Shown piece by piece: positions 41,252 to 53,530 of a DNA stretch of 64,000 nt (positions within the stretch are counted from its first letter, which is position 1; every line of letters begins with the position of its first letter). The translations under genes were made by a program, and so were the position numbers. The DNA is taken from NCBI RefSeq assembly GCF_009914755.1, contig NC_060928.1; one strand, written 5' to 3'. Source of the DNA: the human T2T-CHM13v2.0 reference genome, Homo sapiens. The notes beneath the pieces are model-generated. The model saw nothing but the letters and a program-made list of their open reading frames with translations. It was not told the origin of the DNA and searched no databases.

Positions 41252-41809
41252 ACAATGAGATCACATGGACACAGGAAGGTGAATATCACACTCTGGGGAC
41301 TGTGGTGGGGTCGGGGGAGGGGGGAGGGATAGCATTGGGAGATATACCTAATGCTAGATGACACGTTAGTGGGTGCAGCGCACCAGCATGGCACATGTAT
41401 ACATATGTAACTAACCTGCACTATGTGCACATGTACCCTAAAACTTAAAGTATAATAAAAAAAAAAATTAAAAAAAAAAAAAAAAGGAAAATAAAATAAT
41501 TGCTTCTGAAAAAAAAAAAAAAAAAACTGATCTAATTTAAACCTGAAAGGTTGTTTATTCTGTAAGTTCTAAATAGACATTATAAATTGCACGCACTGAT
41601 ATCAACAACAGACTAAGAATCTGGAGAGGCTTGAGAGAATGGATGCAGTGGTGATGTAGAGACCACTCTGAAGGGAATGAGACACAATTCCTCTACAATG
41701 GAGCGATGGAGGTAAGGACTTGTGCAACTGTAGGACTCTCTTATAATGATATTTGACAAAGTTGAGCATGTGACTATTCTAAATAGTATGAACTTCTATC
41801 CAAAGGTAT

Positions 41810-42560
41810 AACAAGGTTTTGCAGAGGCCTGAAGCTTATACAATTTGAGGTGCTCACTTCTAGAAAAAGAATCCAAAAACGTATATTAAAAACAAGTCTT
41901 ATTGATGGATATTATTTTGAATGAGAAAAATCACAAGTCATAAGTCTTAAAACGTTGACAAAGACCAGAATAATAATATGTTTATTAACTGCCTAGCATT
42001 CATTTATGTTTTTCTGTATTTTTTGGCTGCATTCTCTTTGATCATCTTTTCATAGGGCAAAAATTTTATAATATTTTCTATAGATGGAATAAAAAATAAT
42101 TATTATTTCCTCTAGCACGATTAAAAGGAATTTGGTTTTTTAACTATTGTTAGTTTGGGAAAGTGTCTTTTATCTCTACAATTCATTACAAGAAATGCCT
42201 TGTACGTTTTTACAATTTTTGTCAAATTTTTAAAATCTCTATCATCAAGTTTCTTTCATTGTAAAGGAAAGATTTGGGAAATTTTCCCACAGACTAGCTT
42301 CTGATTCCAGACATTTTAATCCTTGCTTCTCATCCACTAATCACTTACTTCTATTCCTGGTCCCATGAGACAATTTATATGCCAAAATAACCTCTGGTCC
42401 TGTATACCTTCATATCATAACAATGGGTTAACTGACACAGCAGGTGACAGACATATTCCTAGAACCCGTTGCTACACTAGGATAGCTAATAGCTGATAAT
42501 AACCATGCAGAAATGACTACAAGCCACATAAATATTATGCACGAAAGATAAACTAATTAT
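41810..42560. mobile_element. hAT-Tip100 (Zaphod-like) DNA transposon remnant
   Basis: ggcctgaagcttatacaatttg terminal-like text plus degenerate transposase-like sequence (ttttcctctagcacgatt...ttgtcaaattt); recalled similarity only. Confidence 0.45.
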
Positions 42561-42654
42561 ATTTCCTATTCTACTCTCAATTAGCTTCACCTCATATCCG
42601 TCTCTGCTTCCATCTATTCCACCTCCTTCCTCTTTCTTGCCCTACCAAACATCA

Positions 42655-42690
42655 ATACACACTCACACACACACACAGACACACACACAC
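42655..42690 (+). repeat. (CA)n microsatellite
   Basis: Seen directly. Confidence 0.9.
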
Positions 42691-43081
42691 GTACATCTTT
42701 ATTATCAGAGTTTAAGTCTTTGATCTTTATTAAAGTTGTTAAATGCATGAAGTGTTAGAGTCAATTTTATGGTCAGGCTTCTTTAAGATAAAAGCCAAGA
42801 GAATTACTGTCTCCTAATATAGGAAGGCTTAATCAGAACCTAATTAGGGAAGAAATATAATTGAGAAATTAAGATTAATTTTGGCCAATTTCAGTGTTAC
42901 TTGGTTTCCTGGTAGTTTCCACAGAGATAGATTAAATCAATGCCTAATATACTAGGTTTTAGAAATTTGTCATTACGAAATATCTAGAGATTTGCACAAA
43001 GATTGATTTAAAGGATGATTGGGGAAATGAAGGACTAAAAGTGGAGGATGAACAGGGAGTATTAAAATATTGTCAATTATT

Positions 43082-43953
43082 CACTTCTCAAAAGAAGACA
43101 TTTATGCAGCCAACAGACACATGAAAAAATGCTTATTATCACTGGCCATCAGAGAAATGCAAATCAAAACCATAATGAGATACCATCTCACACCAGTTAG
43201 AATGGCAATCATTAAAAAGTCAGGAAACAACAGGTGCTGGAGAGGATGTGGGGAAATAGGAACACTTTTACACTGTTGGTGGGACTGTAAACTAGTTCAA
43301 CCATTGTGGAAGACAGTGTGGCGATTCCTCAAGGATCTAGAACTAGAAATACCGTTTGACCCAGCAATCCCATTACTGGGTATATACCCAAAGGATTATA
43401 AATCATGCTGCTATGAAGACACATGCACACATATGTTTATTGCGGCACTATTCACAATAGCAAAGACTTGGAACCTATAATAAAAAAAAAAAAAGTCTGG
43501 AAAAAATAACAATGAAAAAAAAAAAAAGACTTGGAACCAACCCAAATGTCCATCAATGATACACTGGATTAAGAAAATGTGGCACATATATACCATGGAA
43601 TACTATGCAGCCATAAAAAGGATGAGTTCATGTCCTTTGTAGGGACATGGATGAAGCTGGAAACCATCATTCTCAGCAAACTATCGCAAGGACAAAAAAC
43701 CAAACACCACATGTTCTCACTCATAGGTGGGAACTGAACAATGTGAGAACACTTGGACGCAGGAAGGGGAACATCACACACTGGGGCCTGTCATGGGGTG
43801 GGGGTAGGGGGGAGGGATAGCATTAGGAGATATACCTAATGTAAATGACCAGTTAATGGGTGCAGCACACCAACATGGCACATGTATACATAAGTAACAA
43901 ACCCGCATGCTGTGCACATGTGCCCTAGAAGTATAATAATAATAAAATAAAAT
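43082..43953 (+). mobile_element. 5'-truncated L1PA4/5-like element
   Basis: ORF2 C-terminus [10 protein letters not shown]...[18 protein letters not shown] plus 3'UTR; TSD aaaat(a/t)ttgtcaattatt at 43064-81 and 43954-71. Confidence 0.93.
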
Positions 43954-44220
43954 AAAATTTTGTCAATTATTACATTTCATTGAATGTAATAATTTAGAAA
44001 TTTAGAACTCTAATAATGTGGATATTGGATGTGATGGGCGTGTGTGTGTGGGTGAGTGTATATGTGTGTGTGTGTGAGAGAGAGAGAGACATTGTTTTGT
44101 TTGGGTTTTGGTTTTTATTGCCTTTTTATTTGGGATATTCTAGGAAAAACAAGTTGAAATATTTATAGGATAACCTTATAAAATAATATATAATTCCAAG
44201 CTGATAGAAGTCTGAGTAAC

Positions 44221-44527
44221 TTTTTTTTTCCTTTTTTTTTTTTTTTTTTTGAGACAGAGTCTTGCTCTGTTGCCCAGGCTGGAGTACAGTGGCATGATCT
44301 CAGCTCACTGCATCTCCCTGGTTTAAGCAATTCCCCTGCCTCAGCCTCCCAAGTAGCTGGGATTTCAGGCACACCACACCACACTCGGCTAATTTTTTTG
44401 TATTTTTAGTAGAGGCAGGGTTTCACTGTGTTGGCCAGACTGGTCTCAAACTCCTGACCTCAGGCAATCTGCCTGCCTCAGCCTCCCAAAGTGCTGGGAT
44501 TACAGGCATGAGCCACCACGCCCAGCC
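44221..44527 (-). mobile_element. AluS
   Basis: Poly-T followed by a full dimeric Alu; TSD ctgagtaac at 44212-20 and 44528-36. Confidence 0.95.
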
Positions 44528-45264
44528 CTGAGTAACATATTTTAAGAACATTCTTATTTGTCTGGCAAATAGTTTTCCAAATTCCCAAATGTCTACCCTT
44601 CACATTCAACTCTGGTCCTTGTAATTGCATGTATAATATGTGTGTGGTTTGAGAACACAAATACATAAATGCTTTCTAAGCTTCTACTTCCAGTTCTGAG
44701 TAAATAAGATATAGAATAAAGAGCATAACAGACTGTTGTCCTGTTGTTGTATTATTCTGTTTTTCCTCCTGGCTCCCCTGCTAATGAGCTATGTTGTCTT
44801 GGACAAGAAACTTGGCCTCTTGGTGATTTCAAAAGTTTCTTCCAGACTTTTGTGGTGCCATAACCTTGTTTTAGCCTCCACTTATAATTTCTGGAAATCA
44901 GTTCTACTTTCTAATTCAAGTTCTCTGGGTGACTTTGTTGGCTGTGTACCTCTCAGTCACCAGATGTTTTCTTTACCATACTTGGCTCTGTTAGTATGAT
45001 ATAAAATAACCTCTGCTTTTTTGTGTTAAATAATTCTGAAGCATTCCATTGTTCCCCTCAACGACAGTTTTTTTCTTAATGTTATTCCATGGAAATCTTA
45101 ACTCACATGCTTACATTTACATATTTATTTGTTTAAATTAAACCATGTTGTTTTAAAGTTTTCTGTGTTCAGCATTTCATTTAAATTTTATTTAAATTCT
45201 TTTTGAGTTATTTTCAAGATTTTCTTACAAAAATGTGATGATTATGGTTCTAGGGAAGTACATC

Positions 45265-45518
45265 AGAATATAAAGAATACAGACTCTGGAATCTCTCAAG
45301 ACAGTTCACGCCAGCTTCAGTAATCTCCAGCTGTAGGTCTTCAGCAAGTGATTGTCACTTAACCTGTAGCCTGAAGCTCAATTTTCTCACCAATAAATGA
45401 GAGAAATTCTAGTATGTATCCCCGGGTTGTTATGAAACTTAAATACGGTTATGTGAGTAAAGGGAGTTTAACACAGCATCGAGCCCAAAATAAATATTTC
45501 ATAAGTGTTAGCTATTAT
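45265..45518 (+). mobile_element. MIR
   Basis: agaatacagactctggaatc...ctcaattttctcacc...gggttgttatgaaacttaaat...ataagtgttagctattatt. Confidence 0.7.
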
Positions 45519-46242
45519 TTAAATTGAAGTTATTATTATTTATTTTCCTCATTCTAACTCAGTTAATACCATGAAACAAAAATGATAGGTTTGAACAGAT
45601 AATCTCTACTTTCTTTACAAAAGACCAAGTAGTTTTTAAAGACTCATATATCAGATTAAATTCTAATTTTCTAGTAAGAAATAAGACTCAGTTTCATCAA
45701 AAAAAAGTTTTAAATTCAGTAAAAGCTGAGATGTACTTTGAGGATCATAGCTTAACTAAAAGAGGTATAAAGCTTTCAGAAGGTAATAGACAGTGAATAC
45801 AAGCTAAAAGAAAACCTGGGAAATAATACAGATTTCTCAGGGATCTGAGCAAATAGGAGCTTGGAGAGTAAAAGACAGGAAGAGGTGTGCAGAGTTGTAA
45901 TGCTACAAAACAAGCTTCCTGAGAAGACTTTCACTATCTCACCCGTTCATTCACTCTTAAGTACACTCATCTATTTATTCACCTTACATTTATTAACAGA
46001 GCCTACTATGTGCCATATTCCCAGCACCGGGAATACACAAATGAACAAGATAATAATAATATTACTATAATAGCTAACTGAATGGGTTGCAATCATGGCA
46101 TATTTTAAATGTTTTCCAGAGCTCACAATATTTACTCTAGCTAGCCATCTGATTTCCTGGGGTAGATAAGAATTTATTGCAGAAAGAATGGAAAGAGAAA
46201 GACTGAGTTAATGTTCAGTACTGACCTTCAAAAATATGATTT

Positions 46243-46386
46243 TGGCAGGGCATGGCGGCATGCATCTATAGTCCCAGCTACTCAGGAGGCTGAGGTGGGA
46301 GGACCACTTGAGCCCAGGAGTTAGAGTCCAGCCTGGGAAACATAGTAAGACCCTAAAAAATAAAAAATTAAAATTAAAATTAAAAA
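46243..46386 (+). mobile_element. FLAM Alu monomer
   Basis: ggcagggcatggcggc...gaggctgaggtgggaggaccacttgagcccaggagtt...cagcctgggaaacatagtaagaccc plus A tail. Confidence 0.85.
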
Positions 46387-46419
46387 TGTAATTATGCGCT
46401 TGAACCTTTGATTTAAAAA

Positions 46420-46576
46420 AGAGACTATTGGATTACAGCTCTCTGAGAGCCTAACAAAAGAAGCCACCTAAGCCCTGCCCAGATTCTTGTCCCAAGAAAT
46501 TGTGAGATAAACAGGTATTGTTTTAAACTGCTAAGTTTGAGGTAATTTGTTATACAACAATAGATAACTGATACAG
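46420..46576 (+). mobile_element. MLT1E/F-like LTR 3' fragment
   Basis: cccagattcttgtcccaagaaattgtgagataa...ctaagtttgaggtaatttgttatacaacaatagataactgataca. Confidence 0.7.
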
Positions 46577-49530
46577 AGAATTATTCCTATTTTTCAGTAA
46601 ATGCGTACTAATACCTAAATGTCATTGATGTTATTGGTAATTTTTTTCAGTAGGTATTTTAAGATTTATGCATGTGTGATTAGTCACACTTAATACCTGC
46701 TAGCCAAACATATATTATGAACCTATGACTGCCTATCTATATATAGCTCGCATACTCAACATCTGTAAGAAAGCATTTTGTATTACACCGAAGACTTGCC
46801 TGAGAGGGTGATTGAGTTTTGCTACTTACTACGAAGGAAGAAAACATGCGAAAAAGTGAATGTTACATATATAAAATTTTAAATCCCAAGATAAATTCTT
46901 AGAGAGTGGTGACCTAGAAGGCAGGAAGATTACTTTAAAGCCTGGTTCAAGTTTAGCTTTACTGAACACAGAATTTCAAGTTTGAATAAATTAGGTGTAT
47001 CAGATTATGACCAGAATAAAATTATGGGGTGTAGGTAAAATAAACAAAATATTTTGTTGCCATAGCAAGCCAGGTGTATTTCTATAGAAAGGTATTGGAG
47101 TAAAAACACTAGCTGGCAAATGCACAGTAATTTCATGCTTGTTCAACAGCTTGCAGTAACATTAATTCCTGGTAATCACTAGTAATTAAGATAACTGTTT
47201 TTCCAGTCCTATCCACTTGCAATATGAAAAACAAACTACTTCAACATCACTTTATATTTTTACTTAAGAACTGGCTAGAACAATCTTTAGATTACAAAGT
47301 ATTTACTGAGAACCATTTGTTTCGTTCAACTAATGCTTAATGAGTGTAATGCCAGGTACTAGAAGTGGGGAATAAAATGATAAAAGATGCAGTCCCTGCC
47401 CCAAAGAAGTTTTGATTCTAATGGGGCTCCTTTAATATCCTTTTATGTCCTCAGCTCTATACTAAGCCCTGCTGGTAATTTGTACTAATGATATGCCAGG
47501 TTCTTTACCTAAAGAAATTTGACTGTTGTTGGGGAAGTGGAAATTAATATTCTTAAACTACTGATAACTCTGTTGAAACAGATTGTTCATGACATAAGAT
47601 TTCAGAGAGAGAGACAGAGAGGTTCCTGATGGATGGAATAATCCAAAAAGTCTTATACAAGGACTCAAGCTGAGCCTGAAAGGATAGCTAGAGTTTAGAA
47701 AATCTAAAGAGGAACTAGAGGAAATTCTGGGCAAGGAAAATGTTCCTGAGAAAATGAGTGGAGATAGAAATGGAATTCGAATAGATTTTTTATGTTAGAG
47801 AAACACAAATAAAATGGGTCAATGCAGAGAAGCAGGGTTTTTTCTGATTAGGGTGGAGAATGTGGAAAATAAGAATGTCTGATGAAGGTACAGATTTCAG
47901 CTATAGATAATGTGTTTTTATTCTGAGTTTTCTCATTTAAAAATTGTGTTTGGAATGGGTATCATTTTCAGCAGAATCACTTGGTAATTTCAGTAATAAG
48001 TAGAAGCAATAAAATTCTTCTCTATGTAACGAAATACGTAAAATTATATTCTCTTCATAGCTGGTTCAACAAGTCTTATATAGATATTCTGAAAAGCAGA
48101 TTGGAGAGATGAGACCCATAAAGGATGTGTTCATTTAAGAATAAATGGTTGTAATCAGTTTGTTGTTGTTGTTGTTGTTGTTTGGTTGGTTGGTCAGTCG
48201 GTCAGTCGGTCAGTTGGTAGGGTTGGTTTGGTTTGGTTTTGGTGTTTGCTTTCGTTTTTTGTAAGCACTAAGATGTTAGATTATGCTAAGTTGAGATATC
48301 ATTGGATGACTACAGAGTCATCTCAGCCAGTATGTGAGGTAATCACACTCAAAGTATCATCATTTAATATATTAAAATACATTTAACATATTAAAATAAT
48401 TTAATACATTAAAATCATGTATGATCATTCAAGAAATGCAGAATCCCATCAAGATATAAAAGAAGTTACCTGTGCCCTTGGTAGGTGTGCTGACTTCTCC
48501 CTTTTCAAATAAAAAAAAAAAGAATTGAATAAGGGTATAACTTTAGCCCAGGAATAATAGTTTGTGAAATCTAAAATGCGTGGACTCGAAGGGCCCTGTT
48601 TTCATACAGGATAATGTAGCTGTTGCTGAGGAAGACACACGCACATCTGCAAAAGCAGATTTCATGTCTCACTGTCAAATGTCTGGCCTAAAATAGTCAC
48701 AATAGAATGAACATGAATTGGTGATGTAACCTCAACCTGTTTGAGATGACAAAATTGTTCTCTTAGTGGGAAGTGCCTTTTATACCTCAAAATGGTTTTA
48801 GATGAAAGAAATAATGAAGTAAATGAAATCACAGTATTAATACTTTGGAGATAATGAATAAAGTTCTGAAATTGATGCTTAAATGAATTAGTGCATTGGA
48901 GAATGTAACATTGGCTTCGTGATTCTAATAAAAAATGTATAATTGATTTTAGATTTGTGATTGTGAAGTTGAAAGGCATGAGACTTTAACTTAGGTCACA
49001 GGATTTTACTCCTCATTGAGTGATTGTATCTCTGGAGAGTATAAAGAAATCAGATTTTAAGGTCTCTTAAAGGATCTCTGTTTTGACTAGCTTATAGAGA
49101 TAAATCAAATATTTTGATTTATCTAATGTTTTGATTAGCTTATAGAGATAAATCAAATATTTCTAATATCCTGAGAAAATATGGAAATTGAACTTTTAAT
49201 ATTTTAAATGTGCTAGACTTCTACCAGAATAATTTTCTGTGCCTTATTTTGTGCTTTATTTTTCTGTGCTTTATTTTGGCTTTATTGTGTCTCTGATTAT
49301 TTAAGAGGAAAGGAAACAACAACAACAAAACACTACAGGTCTTCTTTGACAAAAAAGAAGAGTCTCAGAGGCTTATGGAAAGACTCTAACAGGTACTTTA
49401 AACTATTGACACTTCAAAGAATTAACTCTTAAGTACAAGTTTCTGGGCTGATGTTGCTTAGACAGCTACAAGTGAACTCAGTCAGGATTTCCAGGACTTT
49501 TCATGATTACCAATTATTAAAAATGAAATC

Positions 49531-50068
49531 AAAGAGACACATGCACATTTAGGTTTATTGCAGCACTATTTAGGTTTATTAGGTTTATTTAGGTTTATTG
49601 CAGCACTATTTACAATAGCAAAGACTTGAAACAAACCCAAATGCCCATCAATGATAGACTAGATAAAGAAAATGTGGAACAAATACACCACGGAATACTA
49701 TGCAGCCATAAAAAAGAATGAATTCATGTCCTTTGCAGGGACATGGATGAAGCTGGAAATCATAATTCTCAGCAAACTAACACAGGAGGAGAAAACCAAA
49801 CACCACATGCTCTCACTCATAAGTGGAAGCTGAACAGTGAGAACACATGGACACAGGGACGGGAACATCACACACCAGGGCCTGTTGCGGGGTGGGGGAC
49901 AAGGGGAGGGAGAGCATTAGGACAAATACCTAATGCACGCAGGGCTTAAAACCTAGATACGGGTTGATAGGTGCAGCAAACCACCACAGCACATGTATAC
50001 CTATGTAACAAACCTGCAGTTTATGCACATGTATCCTGGAACTTAAAGTAAAAAAAAAAACAAAAAAC
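49531..50068 (+). mobile_element. 5'-truncated L1PA7/8-like 3' end
   Basis: gacacatgcac...gagagcattaggacaaatacctaatgcacgcagggcttaaaacctagat...ggaacttaaagtaaaa. Confidence 0.9.
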
Positions 50069-50439
50069 TTATCCACACACATTTGGTTGCACATTTGGTG
50101 TAATCAGAAAGTACCTGTTCCCCAAAAACTATTAAAATAAAATTCTAAAAAGAGGACTTATATAAAATAAATGAAGTCCACCAGTGAGTACTTTTGTACA
50201 TATGAGCTTCCTTGTGATTTTTCTGAAGAACTAAAACATAAGGCAAAGGATGTTATATCTTATTATCTAACACTGTGAATTAGCACATTTGCAATTATAG
50301 CCCATATCATATAGGATTACTTTTCATTTCACTTCTCAGGAAAATGCTCTATAAATGTCCCCTTCTCCCACACAAATACATATTCTTTACCATAAAAATT
50401 TACCCCTCACATTTAACAGACTCATCATACATGGTGTTT

Positions 50440-50875
50440 ACCGGTTTAATGGGTTGAATAGTGCCCCCTAAAGTTAATGTCCACCCAAAACCTCAGAATG
50501 TGTGTGACCTTATTTGTAAATAGGATATTTGCTGATGTAATTGAAAGGATGGAGATGAGATCGTACTGGATTAGGGTGGGCCCTAAATCCAATAAAAGTG
50601 TCCTTATAAAAGACAGAAAAGGACATCCAGAGGTACAGGAAAGAAAGCCATATTAAGACAGAGACAGACATCGAAGTGATGCAGCCACAAACCAAGGAAT
50701 GCCAGGAGCTGCCAGAAAGTGGAAAAGGTAAGGAAGGATTCTCCCCTAGAGATTCTAGCGGGGAGAATGGCCCTGCTAACAGCTGCCCTTCAGAACAGTG
50801 AGAGAACACATTTCTGTTGTTTTAAGCCACCAAGTTTGTGGTAATCTGTCAGAGTAGCCCTAGGAATCTAACGCA
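50440..50875 (+). mobile_element. MLT1A0/B-like solo LTR
   Basis: gggttgaatagtgccccc...cctcagaatgtg...ggattagggtgggccctaaatccaat...agccctaggaatctaac. Confidence 0.85.
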
Positions 50876-51329
50876 CCTGTTATTAATCATTACTAGTCCT
50901 TAGATGATGAGGCCCTGTTACATATACTTCAGCCTTCTGAAGCTCTGCTTGAGTGCATTTACCCATATTTAGAAACAAAATCATCTCAGAGATCAAATGA
51001 CAAAATGCCCAAGACCTAATAGGATGTTTAATTTTATTACCCAACAAGTCTGAAGAGAAACAAAAATCATTATGTAGATTATATCCAATATCTCTAAGAA
51101 AATATGTCAAAACTTTAATTGGAAATGGGGCTTTAATATGTGTTTTAGCATTAATTTTCCTTTTGAAAAATTAAATTATGTATTTCTAGAATTCAGTTGG
51201 ATTGTTATTAAATTTGTTATATATTTGCTTCTAAATTGTTCTTTATATTTTGAACTTCTTTGAATTGAATCCTTTCACTTTTGCCACTTCAATTATTTTT
51301 AGCTTGTTAGCCTTTAATTACTTTCAACC

Positions 51330-51500
51330 TTTCTTGCAAATTAGAAAAACCAGGGGAGCTTTCGAAAAATATCTATGCCTAGTCCCTATGCCTAGAGATT
51401 CTGCTTTAATTATTTTAAATGGAGCCTAGGCAGCAATATATTTTTCAAATCCATTTTTTTCAGACTCCCTATGATTCCCACGTACACATAAAATTGAATG
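51330..51500. mobile_element. MER5-like hAT fragment
   Basis: ggggagctttcgaaaaatatctatgcctagtccc...agagattctgctttaatt. Confidence 0.55.
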
Positions 51501-52299
51501 CTATTTGCTAAAACTACTAGCCTGCCAGATTAGCAGTGATTTTGTAGTAGATTGAATGAATTTGTATGCCAAGAGCTAATCTGGCAGGCTAGCAGTTTGT
51601 TTTTATTAACACTACATACTATTTAGAGATTTTATAAGACTTTTCATTAATGATAGACAATGATTACACACAGTGAGATATTTTTTAAATGCAGGTAAAA
51701 TAAGTTATTGAAAATGCCACACAATTATAGTTTTAAAATTAGAGCAGAAAGGAACCTAATGGGCCATGGACCCCAACTCTTCCAATTTATAAATAAGATC
51801 TTCTAGAAATGTATGAGATCTGTCCAAATTTAAACAGCTAGAAACTCACAGCATTAGATATTAAACCTGGTTTTCTGATTGCCTATCAACTATAAAGAGT
51901 TGTAATGATTTTTAAAAGCCCTACATTTGTCCTCATAAAAGCTAAGAAACAGAGAGGATTTAGTGTTTCACAGGTGGGTGAAAAAAAATTTTTTTTCTAA
52001 ACCTTAAACTTCACTGGATTTTTGTGTCTCATAGATAACTATTTCCTAGGTCAAAGACAGAAGCATTATAAAAGCTCACTTAAAAAAAAAGAATGATTAT
52101 TCAATATTTGTATAAGAGTAAATGGGTTTTGACCCCATTAAATTTAAATTACACTTTTCAATATGGCAAATTAGCATGGGCTGCTGGCTGTCTCACCTCA
52201 AATCAACCCTGGAGAAACTGTAAAAGCAAGGGACAAACATGGGTTTTAGGTATTAACAGCAATTACAAAAGCCACAGGAGACATCCGTGGAGAAACTGA

Positions 52300-52580
52300 A
52301 CACCATGTCTTGAACAGGTGTAACGGTTATGGAAACCTCTGATTTGTAGTCAAGTTGAACAGAAGTGTGGGAAGCTGGGGATCCACTACTTGCAATTGGC
52401 ATCTTAAGTGGAAGGCAGTCTTGTAGGACTGATCCTTTAACCAATGGGGTCTGCACTAACTCTGGGAAGTTAGTGTCAGAATTAATTAAAGTTGAATTGT
52501 AGAACACTCAGTTGGTGTCCACAGAGAACTGGAAAATTGCAGTGTGTGAAAAACCCACACATTTGGTGTCACAAGTACTG
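52300..52580 (+). mobile_element. MER21-like LTR fragment
   Basis: ggaaacctctgatttgtagtcaagttg...cagtcttgtaggactga...acccacacatttggtgtcacaagt. Confidence 0.75.
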
Positions 52581-52829
52581 TTAGTACAGAAACATGTATT
52601 TGGCCTTTAGTGACAAATATAATTTAGGCAAAATATATGTATATATGAATATATTTATATATATACATATATAATACATGTGTGTATTATACATATGCCT
52701 ATATATACCCAGTATGAATATACATCTACATAATAAGGAAAGAAGGATATAATATACTGAAAAAAGAATGATAAAAAAGAAGAAATATTTATCGTAAATG
52801 TCAATGTACCTAACATCCTCAGATATAGG

Positions 52830-53530
52830 TGGTTGCCAAGCGGTTAGGAACAAAGAAGAAGCACTTGAATTTGGGATATATTTTGAAGGTAGAGCTGACA
52901 GGACTTGCTGATGGACTAGACTTGGGAGATGAGGAAAAGAAAAGAATCAAGAATTCGCTGAGATGGGGAAGAGGATGAGAAAAGCCAGTTGGCAAGGGGT
53001 GGCAGATGCTGGAAATTAAGTATTCAGTTCTGGACTTGCTAAATTTGAGATGCTTATTGACATCCAATTTGAGGCAACAAGCAGGCAGTTGGATACACAA
53101 GTCTAGTTCATGGAGAGGGCAGGAATGTAGGTAAAAATTTGGAAGTCGTTACCATATAGATAACATTGAAAGTGATGGGACTGGATTAGATTACCTAAGC
53201 AGAGCATAAATAGAGAAGAAACCCAGGCTGGGGACTGAAACCCGAACACCCCCAAATACACAGATCAAGCAGAGAATGCATGCAAGTGAAAGAGCCTGAA
53301 GAAAAGCCAGGGAGCTCTGAAGAAAACCAGGGCAATGTAGTGCCCTGAAAACCAAGTACGGTAAGTTTCAATAAGTGGGCAATCAGCTGAGTCAGATATT
53401 GCTGAGAATGTGAATAACATAAGGACAGAAAATTAACATTAGATTTGGCAAAAAGGAGGTAGTGGTTGACATCAATAAAAGCAGTTTCAATGAAGTAGTG
53501 GAGAAATAAATCTCTTGTAAGCTGGGTCAG
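52830..53530 (-). mobile_element. L2a fragment
   Basis: gatatattttgaaggtagagctgacaggacttgctgatggactag; aaatttgagatgcttattgacatcc. Confidence 0.75.

Noticed and set aside
41295-41340. G-rich, G-quadruplex-capable tract
   Set aside because: Standard feature of L1 3'UTRs.
48662-48979. 105-aa minus-strand ORF in non-repeat sequence
   Set aside because: AT-rich composition with no recognisable homology; not supportable as a CDS.
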